NCBI GenBank assembly: GCA_032718475.1
Contig: JAUCBJ010000431.1
Span: 1 to 40,604 of the forward strand
Reading direction: 5' to 3'
Origin: Nemertoderma westbladi
Lineage: Eukaryota > Animalia > Xenacoelomorpha
Length of the DNA stretch: 40,604 nucleotides
This document shows positions 1 to 12,002 of the stretch, piece by piece. The first letter of the stretch is position 1. Every line of letters begins with the position of its first letter. The notes below the pieces were generated by a model that was given only the letters and a program-made list of their open reading frames with translations, did no database searches and was not told where the DNA came from. Both the position numbers and the translations under genes were made by a program.

Positions 1-300
1 AGGCTCCCTTGTCAATAGTTCTCGAAATATTAGAGATTTTTCATCGGCACTGGAAGGGCTTGTATATGTTCACAGTTTGAGAGAAATTACACTTTACTGT
101 AGAACAAGTTATGTTGGCTGTACGTAGCTATTTTTATTTTTACTATGTTCATATGTGCGATTGTTACCCCGACCCCATGCATTGAACGAAATAAAAGTAT
201 ATTATTATTATTTTATTATTGTTATTATACTAATAAACAAACATATTGACTGAAAAAAAACTATAACTATAAAAACTATACCAACATAAAACAATATTAT

Positions 301-2566
301 TTACACTACAAACGTTTTTTTCATCTTAAAATGTTTTTTAGAGTCAAATTTTTGACGGTTGTACCTTGCTTTTTGCCGTATACGGACCATTTGGTCTTGT
401 CTTTGAGTACCTGTAACTATTTTAGAAACATGGCTTAGTGTTTGAACATATCGTTCCACGGCCTGAGAATGGCATGGATATTGTTTCATGTAATGCGATT
501 TTCCGATTTCAAAAAGTTCCTGTAATTCTTCTTTTGAAATTCCCACTGTTAGAGGTGGTTCTGTAATTGAGTTCTTCCACCAATCAATGAGTTCGTAGTA
601 TTCTGTTGCATTGAGGTTTATTTTTGGTACTTCGAATTTTCGGATTATAGTAGATGTAATATTTTTTCTTGAACGTAGAATCCGTTGTACCGCAAGGCTT
701 CTAACTATAGCTCGCTCATCAAACAACATGGCTAACAATATATTTTCTGAATGACAGAAGAATGCATTTCTGAGAATTACAGGATCAACAATTTTCTTCT
801 GGTCATCCGATAAATATCAATTGACTCAATCGAATCAATAAGAAGTAGTTTTGAGTCCCGTCGGTGATTTTGTGGTTAATCTTTACGGTAAACCAAACTG
901 GAGCATATACCATAATTATATAGGTGACTAAATCAACTAGGGTCTTACTAGGGTGCTGTGTACTAATATATAAACGACAAAGTCGATTCGCTTTAGTAAG
1001 CCAGCGAGCATTTGTAACATTACCAGGCATCATTTTGGCTAGTTTTTCATTACAAAATCCACTACCAATTGCCGAAACAATCTTACATAAATACATTTGA
1101 TCAGTGGATAATCTTTTCTCAAGATTAGCACTAACAGACGGCATATTTGGTGATGATATAGGGGTATACTGGACAACTTCTAGTGAAGTCAGATCAGCAG
1201 ACATCATGGCCTTAGCGAGTGGACCTGTCCAACTTGATGGCCCACTTGTCTCTCCATCCAAACCCTCCAATAAATGTTTGAACGGGAGTTCATTAGCATG
1301 AAGTAAGCAGATACTCCACTGTAATGGTCTACCCAATTTTCTTTCCATTCTATGTATGATTCCACCTTTATGCGCCCTGTATTACTGTTAGTTCCATCAG
1401 CTCCAATTACTTTAAGATTAGTTAAATCTATATTGTTTTGCAGGAAGAATTCAAGCATTGATTTAGTGACATCATCAGCCTTTCCAGTACTTGGTGCAAT
1501 ATGTCCCAGATACACAGAGTTCGGTTCAGCTATCAGTACCTGATGTCCCTCAGTCTTTAATTTAACCCCACCAGTTTCTGAATCTACGTAAATAGTTTTA
1601 TCGTTTCGACCGTCATAGTAAAGTCCAGTAATATTATTTATCTCATTTTTACCATAGTCATTTCGAAGTTGCTGCCTTGATCGCCATATTTTGCTTCTAT
1701 CTATTACAGCTGATTCCTCAGGTGTATCAAGAAGATCACACATAGTTGCAGAGGCAATAGAGGCAACAATACGATCACTGATCCCATGGAGCTCTGCTTC
1801 TCTCGCCACAGTTGGCAAGAGAGTATAATTCCGTTTTGTTGATGTTAGTTACATTCCTTAAAGAAGTATACCCTTTGCAAGATGTCTTATCCCACTCCAT
1901 ATTTGCATCTGAAATTGTTTCATCTACCGGCACTAAGACTGTTTCTGTTTCATATATCTCTGAGGATGCTGGGTTACATTCCAGATTTATTTTCATGTTT
2001 TTTGCAGCATATTGTTCATATGATATCTTTCTTTTGTAAAGAGCCATGGTTCGTCTGGTTGTGTCAGTATCAACCTCGCCTATCCTCATTTACCTGTGAC
2101 TTCTCTGATCTATTAAAAAAGAAATCTCTCGGGCTGGAACCTTGTGTGCTGGCTGGCAACTACATGTGCCACTCACTAAGTCACATCGACATAAAGCTAC
2201 TTCAAACAGCAGCTTAAATTCATCGTTGAGTAAACGAACTCTCTCTTGGTAGAATGGTTTTTCCTTCCTTTCAGGCGAATATTTTTCAGGGATACGGCAC
2301 TCCTCACGTTTTAATACAATCTTTTTAACTATCCCTTTCAATGTAATTGTTGGTATTGATGCTCTTTTATGAACATCAATAATGTCTTTGCATACAACTA
2401 AAGCAACATCCCTCACATTAGGATCCTTACTCGTAACTTGATTTATCTTCATTTGAGATTGAATAAAACTAAAATGCTGTAATACTTCGCCATTACTGGG
2501 GAGCTGATTCTCCTTAAGTTTGGTAGCATATCCATAAAGATGTACTGTCGCCTTTCTGGTTGCCAT
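301..2566 (-). pseudogene. Decayed DDE transposase, hAT superfamily (hATm-like), ~750 codons
   Basis: ORF pieces 2090-2566, 1775-2089, 1204-1818, 803-1348 and 301-738 join into one protein through one in-frame TAA (DQRSHR*MRIGEVD) and about three frameshifts. Motifs: YYDGRND (D), GADGTNSNTG (D), CLLH (CxxH), NARWLT, PCHSQAVER (E). Subfamily name is from recall of the family. Confidence 0.75.
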
Positions 2567-2720
2567 TAGTCACATAAAATAATAATTGAAACTGAAACTA
2601 AATATAGGCTAGAGTTCCATTCGAGCCAGCATTTTTGATAGCATAGATAGATTACTAACATTTCCTCGTTTTCCCTTGGGGTTTCGTTTATTCTTTAGGC
2701 TAGGGTTCGTTGGTCAGTCA

Positions 2721-2868
2721 GGCCCAAACCCTAATAAAAAGTGTTATATAGCCCTATCCCTAAGTCAATGCCCTTCGGGCCAATAGCAATACGTCCGAAA
2801 TTCCACAAAATTAGAGCGTCATGACTTAGGGTTAGGGTTATATAACACTTTTAATTAGGGTTTGGGCC
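2721..2868. repeat. 47-bp inverted repeat pair with a ~54-bp spacer, upstream of the transposase
   Basis: ggcccaaaccctaataaaaagtgttatatagccctatccctaagtca (2721-2767) versus tgacttagggttagggttatataacacttttaattagggtttgggcc (2822-2868); about 3 mismatches. Confidence 0.85.
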
Positions 2869-3218
2869 GCCATACTGTAACCTGGGCGTTTTACGGACAG
2901 TGCCAGAAAATGGCCGTTACATACCATAGTAATGCCATTATTATTACAAAAAAGCATGAAAAAAAGCAACAAAAAAGCATGAAAAATTGTTGAAAAAAAA
3001 CAACGAAAATGTTGGCACATACGGAACTGTTCCCTAAATATATATTCTGTACTGCATACTGCAGGGACTACTGTGCCTAACAACACGGTAACTGAACTGT
3101 CAGATGTTCATCAGGGGGAATGGTGTGGGGCAAGCTAGGCAGTAACAGTTAGCCTTAACAGACAATTATAATTGGTAAATAGGGTCAAATTTCAATAATA
3201 TATAATAATAATAAATAA

Positions 3219-3345
3219 AGATGGATGGATAAACGTACGGACAGACAGACTTGAAATTTTACCTTATTAACTAATAATAATCGGGTGCGAAGGCACACCC
3301 TTACTGCGCGACGCCCCACGAACGTGTTTGTTTATAGTATAATAA
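3219..3345. mobile_element. Possible Helentron/DINE-like non-autonomous fragment
   Basis: (GATG/GACA) microsatellite followed by a GC hairpin gggtg-cgaaggca-caccc and an A-rich end. Pattern only. Confidence 0.3.
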
Positions 3346-3505
3346 AAATGTTGTACTTATTCATACAAGCATTACTATTAGTGCCGATTTATAATGTCCA
3401 TATATATATATAATATCTATATAACAAAATTTCGAATATAAATTTTTCTATATTTCGTTGCAATAATTCTAGTTATAATAATGTGCTCCTAAAAATGAGG
3501 TTTCA

Positions 3506-4826
3506 ATGCTATTGAATAACGTACGTCTTTCTATTGCAGATTCCAATATAGCTAATACAATTTGGGCGGGCGATATAAATAGTGATTTCTCTCGCACTAG
3601 CTTACAGGTCCGAAATGTACGTGATTTTGTGACTGAGTGTGAGTTTATTTGTTTGTGGGATATTGTTCCGATACATTATACTTGTAGATCTGATATCGAT
3701 AATAATATTGTATCCACTATTGATCACTTTTTTGTTAATGAACATTTGTTGGATATTTGTACTGAAGTTGGTGTCATACATAATGGTGCTAATTTATCAG
3801 ACCATAGTGCGATATTTATAAAATTACTTGTAAACTTTGATCTTACAGAATTTATCCCGTCTACGAAGCCTATAAGGTATAATTTCTCTAGGGCAAACCA
3901 GTCGTCTAAACAAGAATTTCATAATAAATTAAATAGTATTTTATCTTCTGTTAATTTAACGGAGTCCTGTGGTAATTGTAATGATATATTATGCGAAAAT
4001 GCTCTACACCGTGTCTCGTTAGAAAATTACTCTGTTCGGTTGTTAGATGCACTTGAAGAGGCTGCTGGCTGTCTTCCTCAGTCAGGAGGAAGTTCCGACA
4101 GACAAACAGATCATAATCATCCTATTCCCGGTTGGAAAGAGTCAGTTCGACCATTTAAAAATGAGGCTGTATTTTGGCATCAACTTTGGTGTTCGGCTGG
4201 GAGGCCCAACGCCAGTCAGAGTCATCTGTTTCACCTTAGGCGTATTTCCCGCTTGCAATATAAATATGCGGTACGCAGATTAAAGAAAGTAACTGACGAA
4301 GTTAGACGGGATAAATTATTACAAGCTTCTTTGAATGGTTCATGTGATATCTTTTCGGAAATCAAGAAGTTAAGAGGGGACATTAATGTTTGTAGTTCCA
4401 GCATCGACGGTCTGACAGAAAATGCCGATATTGCAAACACGACATAGGTTTTCTGAGGTCTACGCAGCCCTATTCAATTAAGGTTATAATTCAAATCTTG
4501 AAGAGGTTAATGAGGTAATCCGCAATAAATTGCTTTCAGGTCCTGATGTTAATCCTCTGCAACCGACTATTACTCCTGAGATTATCCATGATGCGCTACA
4601 TCGTTTACACGATGCTAAGTCTGACGTTTCATATTCATTTGATAGTGGGGCCCTTATAAATACTGGCAGACAATTTGAGGAGCACATTTCTATTTTGTTT
4701 AACTCATTCCTGGTGCACGGATTTGTTTCAAAAGTACTAACAGTTATGTCACTGGTTCCTTTAATAAAGAATAAGTTAGGAAATATTTCTGAGATTGCAA
4801 ATTACAGGGCTATCGCTATTGCTTCG
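3506..4826 (+). pseudogene. Non-LTR retrotransposon (RTE-X-like LINE) fragment: C-terminal APE endonuclease, linker, start of RT; truncated by the LTR
   Basis: APE motifs WAGDINSDF, STIDHFF, LSDHSAI; linker IPGWKESV..FWHQLWCSAGRP; frameshift near 4440; RT entry PLIKNK..NYRAIAIAS ends exactly at the LTR TG at 4827. Confidence 0.85.
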
Positions 4827-6091
4827 TGTTCGCGCTTTCAGACCTTTGGCAGTTTAACCCGCCAAATTATGATGTCTTCTAGATATTAAATCGCTTTTCT
4901 GCCTATGACAAGTATTTGATTCACTACACTAGTCGAAACCAATCCGTGCGCGACCATTCACCCGCTGGATATTCCCGGGAGATTGGGTTCGACGGTTTAA
5001 TTTTATTGCTATGTAAGCCTAATGTATTATTCGACTGACAGTATTATATAATCTCTGACAATATTATTCACCTTCGGGAAATATTAACAGTTCCTTTAGG
5101 ACGTGGCGCTCTATCTATAGAAACAGAGTTATGACTTAAACTACTCACAACGATATGGTTTAGTTATAATTGACATATATGGCGCATTCTTTAGGAAATG
5201 CTTCTTTAACAGACTCACGCATACACAATGCTGCACAATACTGCACACTAATCTGCCGATCTTCACTGATTTTAGTCACATATAAAAGGAACACAGACTG
5301 ACTCATGTAGGGTCTATCAAATAACATTCGATTCACTTCAAACCACTTTAACATAAGTCACAATCGTTTATCTGTAACCTTTCTCTCTTACCTTCGGTAT
5401 ATCAAGAATATTGGGTTTCGGGGTTGTTTATCGTTATTCCAAATATAATAATTCATCCACAAATATAATGAATAACCGACAGCAAATAGCAGTATAAAAC
5501 AACAACTGAACACTGATTGTTATGAGTTTGCAATGTTTCAGTGTTTGCAGAGTGATATTCACAGAGTGTTGTTAGATGAGTTTTACAGTTAAAGGATATA
5601 TGTCCTTATAATTAAACCTGCTAGTGTTAAGCTAAAAAGCAGAAAAGCACAAAACACTATAAGCCGTTCTTTCGTGGCTTTGATAAAACTCGTGACTACT
5701 AGAATATCAAATACACTTATTCCACAAAGCTCCCGTTCAACACAGAGGATGAGCAGTGAGATAGGAAAATTTCAGTTCAGTAGCTCAGGATTGGTTAAAA
5801 TCCAGGATAACTCAAATTCTATTGGCCGATACGGAAAGCTGCAACGTGGCAATATCAGCCGTTAGCCGTCGTCATGGTAGCGACACTGTTTTCAAGAGTA
5901 GCGAGCCTTTTACGTCATGAAATTGCAGATTATGTCCTCTAAAGTACAAATACAGTTCAAATATAGAAGAAATGACTTTTATGTCCTCTAAAACACCAGT
6001 ACAGCAAGGACACGGCCTTTTTATGCCTGGCAAACCAACTACAGAGTACTTTAAGGGAAAATAACCGGTTAATGACGCAAAAGCTTTTACA
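4827..6091 (-). repeat. 3' LTR (1265 bp)
   Basis: TGTTCGCGCTTTCAG...GCAAAAGCTTTTACA on +; near-identical to 19580-20854. Confidence 0.95.
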
Positions 6092-6100
6092 CCGCTCCCA
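6092..6100 (-). promoter_or_regulatory. Short polypurine tract (sense TGGGAGCGG) abutting the 3' LTR
   Basis: + strand ccgctccca immediately follows the LTR end. Confidence 0.6.
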
Positions 6101-7194
6101 GAAAATGGGATTTAAGTCTATAAAATATAACAAATCACAGTTTCTAAAATATAAAGATACTCTAAACAGTTAGTCTTTCTTACGCAGACGGCGTTTACGC
6201 AGTTTTTGAGGCTAGCAAGAGTCCTTTTCTCTTTGGGGCGAGCCACTTTACTAGGAGGGCTATAAATCCTGGGTGAAGGGTGCAATATGATTGCATCAGA
6301 AGGTGTAGGATTATGGTCGGGGTATCCGCCGTTTCGATATGCTTCTCCTCGAGCTGATTTTCCTCCGCTCGTAGCTGGATACGTTCATCCAAAAACTCTC
6401 GCAGAGAATGGGTTGCCTATGTTCGATATCTTCTTAGAGATTCTGGATTTTACAATCGAACTGAGATAAAGACAATTCGTTTATCGCTTGGACTTGCTGT
6501 TACAACTTACGTTTATCTGAACAAACGCAGGTTTCCTTTCTGATCTTTGTAGAAGAGCGTTTAACTCGTTTGTACAACGCTCTCCTTCACCTTGATGAAG
6601 GGTTGTATCGCGTTAAACGGGAACGACCATACGATTGGATAGTGATATTAGGTGTCCGCGTCACAATCCGGCTAGGTAAGATGGGCGACTAGCTAGAAAT
6701 CACTGTCGGAGTGTTACCGATTAATTGTTAGGGTAGCACTAGATCTTTGAACAGTGAATACAGTCCGCGAGGATCCGCGACACCACCAGGATCGCAGGTC
6801 TGAGGTCCAACTAAGGAATGAGGAGGTTTGACCGAGTATTCCGGGACTCTGATCGTAGGTTTACTCCAGGATCGTTCGAGCCGAGTGAGCATAGGTGATA
6901 CGTCAAACAAGTTTTGCTCGAAACTCCAGTAAATATAACGAGCACAACTGTGTTTAACACAACGTTTCCATGGATGTTTATGTCTTTCCGTTTATTAGTT
7001 GGGTCTAGGGCATTTATCGTAATAATACCAAAGACGCACGTCTGGTAGGGGAAACGCGGGTGATATTTATTTGTTGTTACAATGCTTCTGTCAAGAATTC
7101 CAAATATACGTTGGAGTTACCTCGTTTATTTGTTTCTTTAGTGTCTTTTCTTTCGAGTCAATTTCGAATAGAAATTTCGCACTCGAATTTCAGT

Positions 7195-7578
7195 TTATGG
7201 TTCCGACTCCGCTGGGCAGGATATATAGTCGACATAGTCTGTATTATGTAGATCGATAGGATGACCAGTAGTTAAGAAGACCATATACGTACCATTACGC
7301 TGCGTATATCGAGCAGCGAATTTTCTATAGTCCAACTCGCGCGCGAGCTGCTCTTGGGACATTGGCGGTTCGATATAACGACCATCGTCCTCCGCAGCAG
7401 TTGGACTAACGTCGCCGCGTATTAAGCTATCAACAAACGCTTGTAAAAGTAGAGTATATCGCTCCCCGATACCAAGACCATCTTCTATCAACTCCGTCAT
7501 ATCTGCTATATATGAGTTTATCCATATTATAATGAGTTTATATTTAGGCGAGCGGGCGTCGCTGCCTACCCCAATCAA
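7195..7578 (-). other. Possible accessory ORF or remnant in the 3-kb region between pol and the 3' LTR
   Basis: 127-codon open frame (TTG start; first ATG at MTELIEDG) in a CpG-rich stretch, same orientation as gag-pol; no recognisable motif. Confidence 0.25.
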
Positions 7579-9152
7579 CCCCCGGACAGTACGAGATCCT
7601 CAGCGCCGATGTGTCGTCGCCGCTGTACTTTCGCCAACGACGTAGCCGCACAACGACAACGACAACCGGCACAAGTCACTCAACTGTCCGTCCCAAAGGC
7701 TTAGATGTACTTCAGGTTTTCCTTGGAGAGTTAGGTTACTTTTACGATTGCGACTAGCTACTGTAAACACACCTTAGCAGTAACATTCACCTATAAACTC
7801 ACAAATACCACACACACAACTTGTCACAAATTACACACACTCGGGTCACTTGTCCGTTAGTCAATGCCTTCCAGAATGTCACTGTATTATTATGTATCCT
7901 TGGATACTAGCAGTGCGCTATTTATTCCCTATGCTATTCAATGGGACAAGCTTTCTATTGTTCTTTTAACTCAATTCTAATTCTAGCGTGGTTGTTGCTA
8001 TGGTGACATTATGCAAAGCTAGCGGTAGAATTAGAGTAATTCCAATGCATACAGATCTGGGATGTTATTTAATAGTAATTCTTTAATAGTCAATGTCCTG
8101 TTTTATACATGACTTTATGAATTTTATCGGCTATTGACTATGTTTGGGAGACTTTCGTCACGCATACGCATAATAATATAAATCTCCGCTCCCTTGATCT
8201 ATTAATTAATGGAATTTTGGGAATGTTATAAATTGCGTAAAATGGCAATTTATTAAATTCATTAAAAGACATGAATTTAAATTTATTCCTTGAAATTTTA
8301 TTATTTGATAATTAAATTGACATATTTTGATTCTAGAACATGTCTGGGGACACAAGATCCTTAATTCTAAGAAAATTGTCTCTTTAAGAATATCGGTAAA
8401 TGCTACGATATCTTAATTGACTAGAATTGTTGAAGGATCTGAATTTTACAGATTTTGACTTATTAGATTTGTAAATATTAACTAATTAATATTTGAGATG
8501 GGCACCGATTTATTCCAGAACTTGTCTGGGGACGTTAACCACTGATTCTATAATTTGTCTTTCAAGTATATCGGTGGGTGCCGCGATATCTTAATCGACT
8601 AGAATTACAGATGGTCAAAGGGTTTAACAGATTTATTTTGCGTTATACGCTACTGTTAAAGGGACATCACGCTACTATATGTATTATTTAATATACGGTA
8701 TGAGAGCAATATCGCACGAAGCAATGTCAGTGTGAAGAGGCAAGTCGTTTCCAAGGTCTACCCAGAGCTTGGTTTAGCCGAGACACGAGGATCTGAACTT
8801 TGCATTCCTAATACTCTGCCTACCAATAATACTTTAATATAGTAGTGGCTTTATTGTACTTTAATAAGTACAGACATTTCTTCTTACTGTAGTTACGTAT
8901 TTATAATATAATACGGACAGTAAGGAAAGAGAAAAAAGAATTATTTCTTCGCCGTCGCACTAAATATAATATAAGTAATTACGTACGTAATAAACACGAA
9001 TATATTGCACTATTCTACTAAATAATCCCTAAATAATATTCTACTAAATTAAATAAAACGATTATAATAAAATTACATAGTAATACATACATAAATATAA
9101 AAATGATAAAATAATATAAAATAATAGAGTCACACGCCCACTCCGAACGATA

Positions 9153-12002
9153 TTAAGTTGGGGAGTCCCTAGATGTCGGTTGGATTAGGGAAGTGGTCGT
9201 GGGAAGAGTTTCTTGCCTTCCATAGTTTCCGGAGAGCTCTCTGTCTCTTTCCAGTAAACATAAACGACCCACTGGGCGATTGAGCTGTTGAGTCTCAAAG
9301 ACTATCCCTGGTTTCTTAAAGTTCCGCCGCATGACGACGAGCTCTACTGATCGCACCAAACCGTCACTCGAGATATAAGTCTCGATGATACGTCCTGTTT
9401 GCCATCGCTTACGTGGGAGATCGGGGTCCACAATAAGCACCATGTCTCCAGCGCTGACGTTTTCTTGCTGCGCAAACCACTTAGTTCGAAGTTGTAGCGT
9501 GGGCAGGTAATGTTTCTCGAAGTGGTCAGCGAAACGACGGGATAGCAACTGCATAAGTTGCCAGGTTCGACGGCAGTACTCGTCTCCGTCTGTGATCTCC
9601 GATCGTGGGAGCATGGCTACGGGCTTCTTCAGTAGAAAGTGCGCGGGTGTTAGCGCTTCCAGGGAATCAGGATTTGAAGAGACTGGCATAAGCGGTCTTT
9701 CGTTGAGATAGGCGGCGATTTCCTCCATTAACGTCCGCAATAATTCGTCGGTGAGATAAGCGCGACAAGGCACAATAAAGTGGAACGCAGTCTTCACGCT
9801 CCTAATCAATCTCTCCCAACTTCCTCCCCACCAAGGGGCGTCGGCGGCGTTGAAGGTCCAGCTAGACGCTGTTATCCTTAGCTGCTCGTCCACCTGTCTC
9901 ATGTTCCAGTCCTTTACGTAAGCTTGAATTTCGTTATTGGCGCCAATGAAGTTCGTTCCCTTATCCGATCTCATCGTGTTACTGGTTCCGAAGCGAGCGA
10001 TCTGTCGTCGTAAACTCAACACGAAACTGTTGGTGGATAGATCGTTTACCATATCAAGATGGATAGCTCTACAAGTCATACAAACGAAGATGACACACCA
10101 TCTTTTAACTATAGTCCGGGCACGATATACTTCAATAGGGCCAAATAAATCCACACCGGTATTAGTAAAGGGTGGTTCATAGAAGCTTACTCTTTCCCTA
10201 GGTAATTCTGCCTCTCGCTGTGTTAAAGGCCTACTGAATGCTTTCCTACAGGGTATGCAGTTCCTAAGAACTTGGTTCAGAGCCCTACGGGGTTTATAAA
10301 AATAGTAGCGAGTTCGAATTTCGCTCAGAACTCGTTCTCTCCCAGCATGGTACAGTTTGCTATGAACATCTACAATTATTTTGATTTGTATGTCAAGATT
10401 TCTAATAAGTATGGGAAACTTAGTGTCAAAGGATAATGGGGCGTTAGTGAGCCTACCTCCAACACGTATTAACCCATCTATCATGGTACTAGAGAAGCGA
10501 TCCCTTAAGCGCATCTGCGGATTTCTTAATAACAGGAAATACTTATCGGAATCCTCATAACATTGTAGGAGTCTCAGCATCTGTTTGTTGGTTTCATCAT
10601 GCTCCTGGTAACTGATCTTCTCTTTTAGAAACCGGTCGGATATCTTATACTTAGGAAGATCTTTAACAACATGGACTCGTGCAGATGTTGATGGAGCCTT
10701 ATCACTATGAGTCTTTGTCCCGGAGTAACGATGATGAAAACATCGTTTCAAATAGGTAACCGCTTTACAGAGCCGATCCCAGGAACTGTAGTGACGTATC
10801 GCTCTCTGCAAGAGAGGTGAGAGTCCTTGCGAGATATCTGGTATTCCAGATTTCCATTCCTTGTCACGGATTTCCAAGACTTCTTTAGTCGTGGCGGTGG
10901 GTTTCTGATCCAAAGCATCCTCTCCGGAAGTAAATAATACAGATAGATCAACCGCAGGTTTGAACAACTTTGATTTACTCGCTCGAGTTTTGGGCTTAAC
11001 TTTCTCCGCTCCCTTGGCCTGTCTGATCTCTGCTGTTGTGAGATGGGGTGGCCATTCTTCTTCTTCTCGGTAGAGAAAGTCGGGTCCACCTAACCATTCA
11101 GGAGTATTTACCAATTCCTTTGGAGTCGCTCCTCGGGACGCGATGTCTGCTGGATTAATCGTTCCTGGGCAATGTCTCCATTGGTCCATCGTCGTGCGAC
11201 TAAGTATGATGGCTACTCTGTTGGTAACGAAGACGCTGAACTGACAGACTTCATTGGTTATATACTCTAACACGAGTAAAGCGTCGGTCCAATAGACAGT
11301 TTTCTCTAATGTATAGTCAATCTGTTCGGTTACATTCCGGCCGATGGCTGTAGCGTATAGAGCCGCCTTTAACTCCGCTCGAGGAACTTTCAACTTGTTG
11401 TTGATTAATGCCTTAGAAGTAACCAAGGCGACTTTGATTCCATCCGGAGTTTCCACTCTTAGGTAGGCTACTATACCGATTCCCATATCGCTGGCGTCTC
11501 CAAACACATGGAGTTGATAGGAATACGTAGGGAGAACATGACCAAAATATGAACGGGAAATTATAAAATCCTCGATCGCTGGCAACGAATCTTCCCACTT
11601 CATCCACTGCTTCAATAATTCCCCCTTAAGTGGATCGTCCCATGAGTGGTTTTCAAGCCACATTTGTTGTACCAAACTACGAGCAATCAATATAACTGGG
11701 CTAATAAATCCCAATGGATCGAAATAAGTGCTCAGTATACTTAAGCAAATCCGTTTGGTTCGAACAGGATTGTCCCGCTGTTTTAGTTGGAAAAACAGGA
11801 TATCTCTCTCTGTGTCCCATTTCAAGCCGAGTGTCTTGGTTTCTGGCAGATCATCTTTGATCAAATCTAGATCTTTCGCTCCGCGATCTTCCGCAGGAAT
11901 CGACTCCAGAAACTCACGGGAGTTGCTGGTGAATTTTGTTAATCGAAATCCACCTCTTTTTAAGCACTCTACCGTTCCCTTAGCGACCTCAATGGTCCTC
12001 AA
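9153..12002 (-). CDS. BEL/Pao Pol C-terminal part: RT thumb, RNase H, integrase, C-terminal DUF5641-like region
   Basis: GGFRLTKF, KTLGLKWD, FDPLGFISP, LHVFGDAS, VPRAELKAA, YWTDA, NPADIASRG, H..H/CIPC zinc finger, GVDLFGP, SDKGTNF, WERLIRSVK, LTPAHFL, RPVGRLCLL. This is the frameshifted continuation of the upstream ORF. Confidence 0.95.
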   Translation of the reverse strand: MRTIEVAKGTVECLKRGGFRLTKFTSNSREFLESIPAEDRGAKDLDLIKDDLPETKTLGLKWDTERDILFFQLKQRDNPVRTKRICLSILSTYFDPLGFISPVILIARSLVQQMWLENHSWDDPLKGELLKQWMKWEDSLPAIEDFIISRSYFGHVLPTYSYQLHVFGDASDMGIGIVAYLRVETPDGIKVALVTSKALINNKLKVPRAELKAALYATAIGRNVTEQIDYTLEKTVYWTDALLVLEYITNEVCQFSVFVTNRVAIILSRTTMDQWRHCPGTINPADIASRGATPKELVNTPEWLGGPDFLYREEEEWPPHLTTAEIRQAKGAEKVKPKTRASKSKLFKPAVDLSVLFTSGEDALDQKPTATTKEVLEIRDKEWKSGIPDISQGLSPLLQRAIRHYSSWDRLCKAVTYLKRCFHHRYSGTKTHSDKAPSTSARVHVVKDLPKYKISDRFLKEKISYQEHDETNKQMLRLLQCYEDSDKYFLLLRNPQMRLRDRFSSTMIDGLIRVGGRLTNAPLSFDTKFPILIRNLDIQIKIIVDVHSKLYHAGRERVLSEIRTRYYFYKPRRALNQVLRNCIPCRKAFSRPLTQREAELPRERVSFYEPPFTNTGVDLFGPIEVYRARTIVKRWCVIFVCMTCRAIHLDMVNDLSTNSFVLSLRRQIARFGTSNTMRSDKGTNFIGANNEIQAYVKDWNMRQVDEQLRITASSWTFNAADAPWWGGSWERLIRSVKTAFHFIVPCRAYLTDELLRTLMEEIAAYLNERPLMPVSSNPDSLEALTPAHFLLKKPVAMLPRSEITDGDEYCRRTWQLMQLLSRRFADHFEKHYLPTLQLRTKWFAQQENVSAGDMVLIVDPDLPRKRWQTGRIIETYISSDGLVRSVELVVMRRNFKKPGIVFETQQLNRPVGRLCLLERDRELSGNYGRQETLPTTTSLIQPTSRDSPT

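Noticed and set aside
2826-2860. True telomere or interstitial telomeric array
   Set aside because: Only two or three TTAGGG units, embedded in an inverted repeat.
5160-5354. 64-aa ORF repeated at 19913-20107
   Set aside because: Duplicated only because it lies in the LTRs; no coding evidence.
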